From a virus, in the IMG/VR virus record IMGVR_UViG_3300048839_000489, positions 1 to 64,000 of that record: 64,000 bases of DNA. The stretch is one strand, 5' to 3'. Positions 25,298-33,401 of this stretch are shown here, in pieces. Each line of letters begins with the position of its first letter. Position 1 is the first letter of the stretch. The notes under the pieces are model-generated. The model saw nothing but the letters and a program-made list of their open reading frames with translations. It was not told where the DNA came from and did not search any database. The position numbers and the translations under genes are program-made.

Positions 25298-25715
25298 TCA
25301 GCAGGATGGACAGAACGGTGAGCCCAACAATCACAAACCGTCTATACGAGATTTTAGGCACTTTGATCAGAGGCTTCTCGATCCCGTACCCGCTGAATAC
25401 GTTGATCGCCCCAGTTTCCTCATTGAGATAGCCGCAGAATCTCGCAGTCACGTTGTAAGCCTCAGAAACTCCACTCATACGGCTCACCGAGTGAATCTCA
25501 TAAACACCGACCCTCCCGCTTTCCATGTTGCGAGAAATGAAGTCACCTCTATAGAGAGGTATCCAATGGAACACAGTCCAGTCAACCTCCTGAGTAACGA
25601 GATCGTCATACTCGTATGGACTATAACCATTGCCCTCGATGTTGTGCCCCCAATACATTTTGTGAGCAAAATCGTGAATTACGGGCGTTCCAGATCGAAT
25701 GAGTTTGAATGACAT
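25269..25715 (-). CDS. hypothetical protein with C-terminal TM anchor
   Basis: The ATG at 25715 has AGGAGA upstream; C-terminal FVIVGLTVLSILLIALL. Confidence 0.6.
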   Translation of the reverse strand: MSFKLIRSGTPVIHDFAHKMYWGHNIEGNGYSPYEYDDLVTQEVDWTVFHWIPLYRGDFISRNMESGRVGVYEIHSVSRMSGVSEAYNVTARFCGYLNEETGAINVFSGYGIEKPLIKVPKISYRRFVIVGLTVLSILLIALLYTLRG

Positions 25716-25719
25716 TTTT

Positions 25720-25908
25720 CTATTTCTCCTTCTCAGATGTGGTGCTATTGAGAGACTCAACTATGGACTCTGCAACCAATTTGGCTGGATAATCAATAAC
25801 ATGCTGCTCAACAATTACTACTACGATACCCTGAGCATCGTAGATGATGAATCCATTCACCTCTTCATCTTCGACAACACTCACAGGGAGCACAATCTTT
25901 GTTGTCAT
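25720..25908 (-). CDS. small acidic protein
   Basis: The ATG at 25908 has GGAG upstream; the track N-terminal extension is implausible. Confidence 0.5.
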   Translation of the reverse strand: MTTKIVLPVSVVEDEEVNGFIIYDAQGIVVVIVEQHVIDYPAKLVAESIVESLNSTTSEKEK

Positions 25909-25909
25909 A

Positions 25910-26071
25910 CTACTTGATCTCCATAAAAAACTTCTCCATCGTCTTAACATCAATGGGATGAACAAATAACATCCCAAGAGTTACAATGGTGACAGCCGCT
26001 CCAATCAAGTTGACGATGGAGAACAGCACGATTACGACATTGTTATGGACTTTCATCGAGTTTCGTTTCAT
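25910..26071 (-). CDS. small membrane protein (53 aa)
   Basis: ATGA overlap with the upstream gene; GGAGGT RBS; TM helix VVIVLFSIVNLIGAAVTIVTLGMLF. Confidence 0.45.
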   Translation of the reverse strand: MKRNSMKVHNNVVIVLFSIVNLIGAAVTIVTLGMLFVHPIDVKTMEKFFMEIK

Positions 26072-26304
26072 GATTTTGTTACCTCCGAGACTTTATAATA
26101 TTCCGCTTTGAATTCTACTAAAACAATTTCAGTGAATAAATCTCTCTGAAATGAGGACAAGCTGACATCGGCTGCATATTGAGCATTCTCCTTTGATAAG
26201 TACGGAGTTGCGTTGAATACGGAGGTTACAAAAAACTCGCCAGATTTATAAAACTTGGTTAAGTCTTTGTTGGCGAGGACAAAACGTACAGTTCCTGTGT
26301 TCAT
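26068..26304 (-). CDS. hypothetical protein
   Basis: 78-aa ORF. Confidence 0.55.
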   Translation of the reverse strand: MNTGTVRFVLANKDLTKFYKSGEFFVTSVFNATPYLSKENAQYAADVSLSSFQRDLFTEIVLVEFKAEYYKVSEVTKS

Positions 26305-26323
26305 AAGTTACTCCTGCTCTCTT

Positions 26324-26761
26324 TCAGCCCGCATATACAGGCTCCATTACGAGTATTCCATTGTCAGACAGGAATTTATAAAAACCCTCATCTTTATACA
26401 CCGACTCTGTAGTGAAGGCTGAGTCCGGAATATCTTGAGGATCCATAAGTACGGATTCGTTTTCAGTTCTCAATAAGTGCCCATTGGATGACACTTCTTC
26501 TTTAGAGAAAAACCAGTAATAAGTGGCGACCTTATGATGTGCACCGTACTCATGTCGAGTTCGATAACACACCCTTCTGGTTAAAAGATACTCTTTCAGC
26601 AACTCAGGAAAAGTCTTTGCTACTGACTTTGGAATGATGAGCACCTTAACTACCTCGAAGTCTCCGTACGACTCGTGATTATGCATAAGCAAGCACTCAA
26701 CTTCCAACTTCGACCCTTCCTTCACCACGGCGTCTGGAGTGTAGATTTTGATTGATTTCAT
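26324..26761 (-). CDS. hypothetical protein
   Basis: 145-aa ORF. Confidence 0.6.
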   Translation of the reverse strand: MKSIKIYTPDAVVKEGSKLEVECLLMHNHESYGDFEVVKVLIIPKSVAKTFPELLKEYLLTRRVCYRTRHEYGAHHKVATYYWFFSKEEVSSNGHLLRTENESVLMDPQDIPDSAFTTESVYKDEGFYKFLSDNGILVMEPVYAG

Positions 26762-26772
26762 TTTATTTTCTC

Positions 26773-27129
26773 CTAATTCAACTCAATACCGAATACGTTC
26801 TTAACAAAAGAGCTCACATCGTTCATGAACTTTTGAGCGGACTCAACGCTGGGGAAATCTTGAGAAATCTCAAGTCCAGGATTCGTGAGTTTCGGAGTGA
26901 ATGTGTTAAAGTGCTCTGGATGTGACAAAGCCCACATACCCTGAATCTCCATCAACGATAGTGTTCTACCTCCTAAAACCACCTGAACGGAGTGAATATC
27001 TTTCCTCTTGTAGTATGCACTTACAAGAGGCTCACCGTCAGCTCCGAAGATGTCCTTTGCATGTACCAGAACCTCCCTCGTTTCCGTAAAAACATTCAAA
27101 GCCTCTACAAATATTTTGATGCTTATCAT
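26773..27129 (-). CDS. hypothetical protein
   Basis: 118-aa ORF. Confidence 0.6.
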   Translation of the reverse strand: MISIKIFVEALNVFTETREVLVHAKDIFGADGEPLVSAYYKRKDIHSVQVVLGGRTLSLMEIQGMWALSHPEHFNTFTPKLTNPGLEISQDFPSVESAQKFMNDVSSFVKNVFGIELN

Positions 27130-27142
27130 TGACCAATTCTCC

Positions 27143-27919
27143 TTATAATGATTTCAAAAATTCTTCTACAACTCTTATTGAGTTAGGGCTGGACGCAAGA
27201 CCTCGATACTCGAACCGGTCTCTGTGAAATCTGAGCTTCTCAATAAAAATGCGCTCGAGTCTGAACGGCACTCTTTTGTGCAGGTTTCCCAGAATCCCAT
27301 TTTGGAGCCAGTATTCATTTGAAAACCTGGCTGAGGGTAAAAAATTACCTCCAAAGGAGATGTGAATGCCAAGCGGAAGTACGTACAGCCCCTTGACTAC
27401 GAATGGAACGAGTTTTCCACCGAAACGCTCAATCTGATTCAGGGCTACTCGTAAATCCTGTAGTACGAGCTCAGCAACTTCTTTATGAGTTTCTCCTACA
27501 AACACCGGACTTCTGTACTCCTTAATGAACCCGCCGATACCGTCGAATCCGTAGTGAGTATAAAGAGGATCTCCCTGCATCTGTTTGACGAAAGCACTGT
27601 CGTGAGCTCCGTCTTTTATACAGAACTCGATCTCGTACCCCAATGAGTACTGGTCTACGTATTTAACGGAGACTTTGTTCTTGGAAGATCTCTCTAGAGG
27701 AGCTTCGTAGTTCTCCGGTATGCCGTACCCACAGGAGATGCAGGTGTAAATTTCCAGATAAATCTCAGTTTCTGAGCGCTCTCTTTCCAGTCGATTGTTG
27801 TGAGTTCCGCACGCTGGGCATTTCTCACTAAAATAGCCAAAAGACCGGTTGTTCTTTCGGAAGTTTTGACGAGGATTTCGATTGCCTCTGGTTCGCCTTA
27901 CTTTTCTCGCTACTGACAT
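27143..27919 (-). CDS. zinc-ribbon-fused GS/GCS2-like amidoligase, paralog 3
   Basis: Basic N-terminus (RKVRRTRGNRNPRQNFRKNNR), CPACG ... CISCG, then the triad GYEIEF, GIHISFGG, FEYRG. Confidence 0.55.
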   Translation of the reverse strand: MSVARKVRRTRGNRNPRQNFRKNNRSFGYFSEKCPACGTHNNRLERERSETEIYLEIYTCISCGYGIPENYEAPLERSSKNKVSVKYVDQYSLGYEIEFCIKDGAHDSAFVKQMQGDPLYTHYGFDGIGGFIKEYRSPVFVGETHKEVAELVLQDLRVALNQIERFGGKLVPFVVKGLYVLPLGIHISFGGNFLPSARFSNEYWLQNGILGNLHKRVPFRLERIFIEKLRFHRDRFEYRGLASSPNSIRVVEEFLKSL

Positions 27920-27956
27920 GTCTGACTCCTGTTCAGAATTTTGTGATTACAACTAG

Positions 27957-28029
27957 CGCCCTCGGAGAGACTCGAACTCCCAACAATCTGCTTAGAAGGC
28001 AGGTGCTCTGTCCATTGAGCTACGAGGGC
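27957..28029 (-). tRNA. tRNA-Arg (anticodon TCT), solitary second copy
   Basis: Acceptor GCCCTCG/CGAGGGC, D arm GCTCAATGGACAGAGC, anticodon arm CTGC-CTTCTAA-GCAG, T arm GGGAG-TTCGAGT-CTCTC. Confidence 0.9.
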
Positions 28030-28041
28030 TAATAAACTAAC

Positions 28042-28191
28042 TTACCTCAAGTACCCAAATACATACATCACCAAAATTACTATAATTGGAGATAGCATAA
28101 TAGCCATAAATCCGTAATACACAATACTGTGCCAGATGCCAAATTGCACCTCTCCGCCAGCCTCATCGTAGACTTTATTTTCATTTCTCAT
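28042..28191 (-). CDS. small membrane protein (49 aa)
   Basis: The ATG at 28191 overlaps the upstream TGA (ATGA); TM helix YYGFMAIMLSPIIVILVMYVFGY. Confidence 0.5.
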   Translation of the reverse strand: MRNENKVYDEAGGEVQFGIWHSIVYYGFMAIMLSPIIVILVMYVFGYLR

Positions 28192-28451
28192 GCTGATAAA
28201 TCCTTTCTCCAGACTCGAATCATCTCCTCGTACTCTTTTATTGCTTCCTGCAAACACTCTTTGTGAGCGTGCAGATCGCCGGACTTGCCGTACTCCTCCA
28301 AAATAGGGGAGGGCATGGACACTTTTATGAGAGTACCCTCTTTACTTATTGTAGAGAGTTTTCCACAAAAATCACACAGCTCTCCTGGCGCATCTACGGT
28401 ATGTTCCTGCCCACGCTCGTCAACAATGTAATAATAGTTTACCGATGTCAT
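28188..28451 (-). CDS. hypothetical protein
   Basis: 87-aa ORF. Confidence 0.55.
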   Translation of the reverse strand: MTSVNYYYIVDERGQEHTVDAPGELCDFCGKLSTISKEGTLIKVSMPSPILEEYGKSGDLHAHKECLQEAIKEYEEMIRVWRKDLSA

Positions 28452-28595
28452 AGCAGTCTCCTTTTATCGCAAAATATCGAACTTAATATGGGAAAAAGCC
28501 CAAGAGCCATTTAAGGAATCTTCCCCTCGCACTTCCTCTGCGAGAATTGTTGTACCACTTGGTGAGTATATACTCTATTCGATTATTTCCTCTCA

Positions 28596-29189
28596 TTAGT
28601 CCTCGCCTTCCGTAGGGCTGACAGCACGCGGTTTTAACACCTCAACTGAAAACAATTCTGCAAACTTGTGTTTGAGTTTAAGGGAGAATTCTCCAGTATC
28701 CTTATGTCCATAGTAGTAGCCTATGCGGCTGTTCTCTGAGTTGAAACAAACTATACCCTGTGTGAGCTCCTTCGGACACTGCCCAACTTCGACCTTCTTC
28801 TCGATTATCTTCATAGCTACACTCAAGGTTTCTTTCCTGCCCCTGTACACACCTTCAAAGCTCCTGAGATTGCCGTCGCCATCTTCACTGAGAAGAATGT
28901 ACATCTCTTTGGGGTTGTCAATTTCAGATTCTTCGTGTAAAGGTATGGATGGAGTAATGAGCCACCGAGTTACGAAAGAGTCTCTTTTACCCATTAAGGG
29001 TACAACTTCAATATCCACTTGAGCTAAACTCAGTAGCCAGGTGATGTGGTTACGAATGCCGAGCGCCCCTTCACGAGTGACTTTATCGAAGGTTTTGATA
29101 TCACCATCAGGAGTGAAAATACGATCTCCATCACAGATATTCACACACTCTTGCAAAATCCCTATTGCGACATTTACTACGTTTGTCAT
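28596..29189 (-). CDS. hypothetical protein
   Basis: 197-aa ORF. Confidence 0.6.
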   Translation of the reverse strand: MTNVVNVAIGILQECVNICDGDRIFTPDGDIKTFDKVTREGALGIRNHITWLLSLAQVDIEVVPLMGKRDSFVTRWLITPSIPLHEESEIDNPKEMYILLSEDGDGNLRSFEGVYRGRKETLSVAMKIIEKKVEVGQCPKELTQGIVCFNSENSRIGYYYGHKDTGEFSLKLKHKFAELFSVEVLKPRAVSPTEGED

Positions 29190-29206
29190 GTTACCTCTTT
29201 ATAACT

Positions 29207-29599
29207 TTATTTTGCGAGTCCGAGCGGGATTTCAATTGCTCGATATTCCGGATTCATGAGAATCTGGACGACATCCAGAAGTTGTGAGGTGGCGGCTAGG
29301 GAGGTTACTATCACCATAGCGAGGCTAATGACATAATAGACTTCGAGATCCTCATTGTAAATGTCGGTGAACTCAATTTCTGAGACCGGCTTATCGAGGC
29401 TCCTGGATGCCATCTTCTTCACTTCATGTGAGTACCTCCATGCCAAACCTGCCACGATGAACAGGATAATGGAGAACACGATCTGAGACGGAATCTCTGC
29501 ATACACCTGCTTTAGGCTGATTCTCCAGAGGTTGGTAGCCATGAGCTCACCGGTCTTGAGTAGGGCATCTAACACTTGTTGAATTTGCTCTTCGTTCAT
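29207..29599 (-). CDS. membrane protein
   Basis: 130-aa ORF with two or three hydrophobic helices. Confidence 0.6.
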   Translation of the reverse strand: MNEEQIQQVLDALLKTGELMATNLWRISLKQVYAEIPSQIVFSIILFIVAGLAWRYSHEVKKMASRSLDKPVSEIEFTDIYNEDLEVYYVISLAMVIVTSLAATSQLLDVVQILMNPEYRAIEIPLGLAK

Positions 29600-29610
29600 A
29601 GTTTCTCCTT

Positions 29611-30048
29611 TTACTCATCTTCCTCGATATAATTTTCTGAGCCGTAATCCTGCACCAGCATTTTGATGTAGGAGGCTTTTCCAGGGTTGTGCTCCACGAG
29701 GTCATTGTATTCCTCGAGAGTGATTCTACTTGCGTGTAGTAGGCAGAACCTCGCATCGGCTTGATTGTTTTCCATGTTTCTCAGGAGCAGATCAGTAGGT
29801 CGCTCACTGATAACAAAAGTAGATGAAAAAGTCTGACACATGGACGGAGTTACGGACAGGGAGACGAGGTAGTACTCATCTGGGTCGGAGGGCATATCGA
29901 AGAACCTCTCTCTACTCACAAAGCTTACGCTCCGTATATCATCAACATCTTTGCCACGCAAGATGTCGCTGATAATGTCAAACTGAGAAGCGTTCCTGCT
30001 AATCAGCTCACGTACTCCGTTCACCTTCTCAATAATTACATATTTCAT
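29611..30048 (-). CDS. hypothetical protein
   Basis: 145-aa ORF. Confidence 0.6.
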   Translation of the reverse strand: MKYVIIEKVNGVRELISRNASQFDIISDILRGKDVDDIRSVSFVSRERFFDMPSDPDEYYLVSLSVTPSMCQTFSSTFVISERPTDLLLRNMENNQADARFCLLHASRITLEEYNDLVEHNPGKASYIKMLVQDYGSENYIEEDE

Positions 30049-30221
30049 GATGTCACTATCTCAACTTTCAGTACGTCAGAGTCGTCGATAATCTCGGAAT
30101 CGATTCCTCCCAAAATACCCTGCTTCTGGATAATAATTTCTCCAGCTACCCACATACAAGAGAAGGCTGGATAGATGTTTATTACTGAGCCACCTTTTTT
30201 AGTTACAATCACTGTATTCAT
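30045..30221 (-). CDS. small hypothetical protein (58 aa)
   Basis: GGAG upstream of the ATG at 30221; its stop overlaps the next start (ATGA). Confidence 0.45.
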   Translation of the reverse strand: MNTVIVTKKGGSVINIYPAFSCMWVAGEIIIQKQGILGGIDSEIIDDSDVLKVEIVTS

Positions 30222-30504
30222 GTGTTACTCCGTTTCTTAGTTTACAAATTGATTTTCATGTGAGAGTTAGCAGATAAGCCTCAAGAAGTATTTCAAGGTA
30301 ATATATTACTATGAAAACTGGAGGCACATTCTCACATTTATACGATAACCAGGAGGTGTATATTAAAGTAATCAAAGCGTTCCTTATTATCTTGAGAAAA
30401 AGAGCTTGATTTTTTCAATGAAGCTCAGTTTTCTATTCATGAAATTAGCGAGTATTTTATCGCTCGTGTAGACTACTTTCCCTTTTACAAGCATTTTGTA
30501 CATC

Positions 30505-30708
30505 TCACTCCTTGCCTTTTCTCGATAGGATAGCTTCGACTATTGCTGAGGTTGACCAAGTAACCAAGGTAATAACTGCAATAAGAGCAAACAGAATAAT
30601 CCGATTGACTGGAGTAGCGTCAATGGACTCGTATTGATAAAGCTGGTAAAACTCTATCAAAAAAAGAACGAGGGGAAGTATGTAGCTATTACGAGCTGGA
30701 TTTTTCAT
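30505..30708 (-). CDS. small membrane protein (2 TM)
   Basis: 67-aa hydrophobic ORF. Confidence 0.55.
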   Translation of the reverse strand: MKNPARNSYILPLVLFLIEFYQLYQYESIDATPVNRIILFALIAVITLVTWSTSAIVEAILSRKGKE

Positions 30709-30709
30709 G

Positions 30710-30931
30710 TTATTGATCCTTTAGTCTCCAAAAAGACCTTGGTTTCTGAGGTTTGGGTGCTTCCTTCTTCTCGACAGGAGCATATTTCTTGGCTATCTTA
30801 GCTATCTCTTTGAGATCATTTTCGAGAGAGCTGATTCTAGCCACAAGTCTTACTATGAACAGAGCCAAAATGATGTTAATAAGAACAGATAGAGCAAAAA
30901 AGATTTGTGGAAGCATTAGAACCTCAATCAT
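30710..30931 (-). CDS. small membrane protein (N-terminal TM + charged tail)
   Basis: 73-aa ORF. Confidence 0.55.
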   Translation of the reverse strand: MIEVLMLPQIFFALSVLINIILALFIVRLVARISSLENDLKEIAKIAKKYAPVEKKEAPKPQKPRSFWRLKDQ

Positions 30932-30975
30932 AACTTAGATGGAGACCCTCGAACATAATCGAGGGTCTATTCAGA

Positions 30976-31095
30976 CTACTTCACCGGAGACGAGAAGAAA
31001 TCTCCGAACAGAACGAATCCGTAAGCAACACCGAGCGCAATCGCAGTACCGTAGATAATCACTGCGAAGAGAAACTTATAGAATTTGTATTTCAT
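30976..31095 (-). CDS. small membrane protein (39 aa)
   Basis: AGGAGA upstream of the ATG; FLFAVIIYGTAIALGVAYGFVLF. Confidence 0.4.
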   Translation of the reverse strand: MKYKFYKFLFAVIIYGTAIALGVAYGFVLFGDFFSSPVK

Positions 31096-31173
31096 GCCAT
31101 TCTCCTAATAACTGAAATTTTTTGATATTAGGAGCCCGTAACGAGCGGGCTCCTTTTAGATCCAGATCAGATG

Positions 31174-31416
31174 TTATTGTGAGTCAGATGGGCAGACCGT
31201 GCTCCCTGGCCAGCACATGAGCCAGACGAAAAAGTCCATGACGGGGTTGCCGGAAAGAGGCTTGAGGATCGGAGAGTCGGTCGGCGCTTCAACTTGAGTT
31301 GGGGCTGTGGCTGTGGAGGTTGGAGCCTCGCCAGTAGCCGGAGTGGTACACGCCATCACGAGCACAACCACGAGCACAACAAGAAGCATTTCGGTAGCAC
31401 GTTGTTTGAGTTTCAT
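31174..31416 (-). CDS. putative lipoprotein
   Basis: Signal peptide ending in a lipobox-like LVMAC, followed by a Thr/Pro/Ala-rich linker. Confidence 0.55.
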   Translation of the reverse strand: MKLKQRATEMLLVVLVVVLVMACTTPATGEAPTSTATAPTQVEAPTDSPILKPLSGNPVMDFFVWLMCWPGSTVCPSDSQ

Positions 31417-31451
31417 TTCTTTTTCATTCTCCTTTTCAGATGGATTTTTTG

Positions 31452-31751
31452 TTACTTGAGTTGATACACGATCTCGAGAATCGCGTAATACTGCGGATTC
31501 AAGAGCCTAAGCATGCCGCCGATGAACCAAGCGAGGGCGATTCCTCCAGTCACGTAGGAGGCGATGCGGGAGAAAACAACAAAGCCCTCATCCCACTCAT
31601 CCTCATACTTCTTGACAGCAACGCGGATGCTCCATGTCAGGAACACAAATCCAGCTCCCCAAATGATCGCTTGCTTGACGAGCGTGCTCCACAGCAGGGG
31701 ACTCAGCGCTTCAATTGTTGAGATCAGTTTTTGTAATACTTCATCTACCAT
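31452..31751 (-). CDS. membrane protein
   Basis: 99-aa ORF with AAAGGAG upstream and hydrophobic helices. Confidence 0.6.
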   Translation of the reverse strand: MVDEVLQKLISTIEALSPLLWSTLVKQAIIWGAGFVFLTWSIRVAVKKYEDEWDEGFVVFSRIASYVTGGIALAWFIGGMLRLLNPQYYAILEIVYQLK

Positions 31752-31853
31752 AACAACTCCTTTCTACAGTTACACGAGATTAAATGAATCCTAGGCACGA
31801 GCAAATTGCCATGAGGAAGAGTGTCAGAACTGTGAGCTTCACTGCTAGTGTCA

Positions 31854-31943
31854 TTAGAGCACACCAGTAGCAGCAGCACAGATGAGCACTGCCGATGCAA
31901 TAGCAACAAACGCCATGAGCATCTTAGCAAACTTTGTGTACAT
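31854..31943 (-). CDS. tiny hydrophobic peptide (29 aa)
   Basis: AAGGAG upstream of the ATG; MYTKFAKMLMAFVAIASAVLICAAATGVL. Confidence 0.35.
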   Translation of the reverse strand: MYTKFAKMLMAFVAIASAVLICAAATGVL

Positions 31944-31998
31944 GCTAACTCCTTTCTTGAAATTTTTCAATGAATGCTTCTGAGCAATTCAGCTAATA

Positions 31999-32130
31999 TT
32001 AGATAATACCTTTTCTCCTTAGAGCTATGTAAACTCCAAGAAACAACATGAGAGCTCCGTGAACAGAACCTGAAGCAAAAACCAAAACGAGGATGATTAT
32101 CAAATCATCAAGTTTAATTATGATTTCCAT
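31999..32130 (-). CDS. small membrane protein (43 aa)
   Basis: AAAGGAG upstream of the ATG; LIIILVLVFASGSVHGALMLFLGVYIAL. Confidence 0.4.
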   Translation of the reverse strand: MEIIIKLDDLIIILVLVFASGSVHGALMLFLGVYIALRRKGII

Positions 32131-32187
32131 ATAAGCTCCTTTAAGCTCAAATAACCCCGCTAGGGGTTATTTTAGTTGACTCAATTA

Positions 32188-32721
32188 TTATCCCAATTCC
32201 AAGAAGGAAATGAGTTTCTCTGTGGACAGGTCTCGAGCTGCAACTGTAACACCAGCTCGCCGATACAGCAAATAGCCTTCTATTTCGAGTTGGTCAACTG
32301 CGCCGATTCCTGAGATGGACGTGATGGTAGGCTCATGATGAGCATCGGTGAAAGCGGTCTCAATGGCATACTGAGTGTCGAGACCATCTCGTAAATTTTT
32401 CAATTCGTCAAGCCTCACTTTCTCACTCTTGACAGGTTTCTTAGGAGTCTTACCAAAACCCTGCCACGAGGGAAATGCTGAGCTCGGACTGGAGACAACC
32501 CATGAGCCCTTTGTATTCGAGAACCCGACTGTTCTGATAAGTGAGTTCTTAACGGGAACATTCACTCGTCTACCGTTCACCTCTTTTCGATGAACGAATT
32601 CGAGCTTTTCTCCGTTTTTCACCATGATGAGGGAGTCACCGTTCGCCATATGCTTGAGATAGTCTCTCAAGGTGTGGGCGGTGATTTCGTCAATTGCGAG
32701 TACTGCTTGTGTGTTGCTCAT
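32188..32721 (-). CDS. hypothetical protein
   Basis: 177-aa ORF. Confidence 0.6.
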   Translation of the reverse strand: MSNTQAVLAIDEITAHTLRDYLKHMANGDSLIMVKNGEKLEFVHRKEVNGRRVNVPVKNSLIRTVGFSNTKGSWVVSSPSSAFPSWQGFGKTPKKPVKSEKVRLDELKNLRDGLDTQYAIETAFTDAHHEPTITSISGIGAVDQLEIEGYLLYRRAGVTVAARDLSTEKLISFLELG

Positions 32722-32942
32722 CGTACACCGCCCGAGCGGCGAATCTGATATTGCTTGTTGTGAGATTTACGGCGAGCCCAGCGTTTAATTCGCTGCTCTT
32801 TATCGGTAAGCTCCGTGAAGGTAGACTCGAGAACAAACTTACCATTCACTTCTCGGTAAATTGATACAGTACCAGTACCTACCGAGAATTCTTTGAGTCC
32901 TACAATCTGACTCGCTTTTGGGTATTCGTCAAAATGTTTCAT
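32718..32942 (-). CDS. hypothetical basic protein
   Basis: 74-aa ORF; ATGA-type overlap with the downstream gene. Confidence 0.55.
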   Translation of the reverse strand: MKHFDEYPKASQIVGLKEFSVGTGTVSIYREVNGKFVLESTFTELTDKEQRIKRWARRKSHNKQYQIRRSGGVR

Positions 32943-32955
32943 GGTTTCACCTCAA

Positions 32956-33192
32956 TTACTTTTCGTGATGAGCTACGCATTTAATCAGATTTGCGAGCTC
33001 AAAATTATCGAGTTTCTCAATCTTACCTTTCAGCCATGAGTCCCACATAGTGAGAACCTCAATCATACGGTCACGAGCATTGCCAGTGGAGTCCAACTGT
33101 GTAGGATACTTAGCGAGAAGCTCGTCTACACGTATATTAGGTTGGACATTAACGAGCGATTGATCGGAGCGTCGTCGGTGTTGATTGCTCAT
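32956..33192 (-). CDS. hypothetical protein
   Basis: 78-aa ORF. Confidence 0.55.
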   Translation of the reverse strand: MSNQHRRRSDQSLVNVQPNIRVDELLAKYPTQLDSTGNARDRMIEVLTMWDSWLKGKIEKLDNFELANLIKCVAHHEK

Positions 33193-33401
33193 TTTAGTAC
33201 CTCATTCCAAGTATCAATCTCTTTCGTTTCGATGGCGTAGAGCCGCTCGTCTGTTACGAGGAAGTCCACATGAACTCCGTCATACTCAGTAATGCGAGCC
33301 TCTGCAACGGACGACGTATAACGAGCCACCTCTAAGATTTCATCACCTTCGAGCACTTTGATAACTTTCTCACTATTCCAGATAACATATTTAGTACTCA
33401 T
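33189..33401 (-). CDS. hypothetical protein
   Basis: 70-aa ORF, overlapping its neighbours. Confidence 0.55.
   Translation of the reverse strand: MSTKYVIWNSEKVIKVLEGDEILEVARYTSSVAEARITEYDGVHVDFLVTDERLYAIETKEIDTWNEVLK

Noticed and set aside
14866-25917. Many long ORFs antisense to or overlapping the annotated minus-strand genes (e.g. 15288-15842, 15858-16194, 16579-16988, 18298-18858, 19039-19739, 22353-22700, 23134-23687, 25263-25712)
   Set aside because: They overlap ORFs that have recognisable enzyme motifs or operon-style coupling. They lack ribosome-binding sites and have skewed Ser/Arg/Leu-rich composition. They are the expected by-product of locally higher GC.
31745-31930. 61-aa track ORF (MLRCSWRLLLLHRQ...)
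   Set aside because: It overlaps, in another frame, two tiny hydrophobic ORFs that have proper RBS and start contexts. Its Leu/Arg/Ser-rich sequence looks non-coding.
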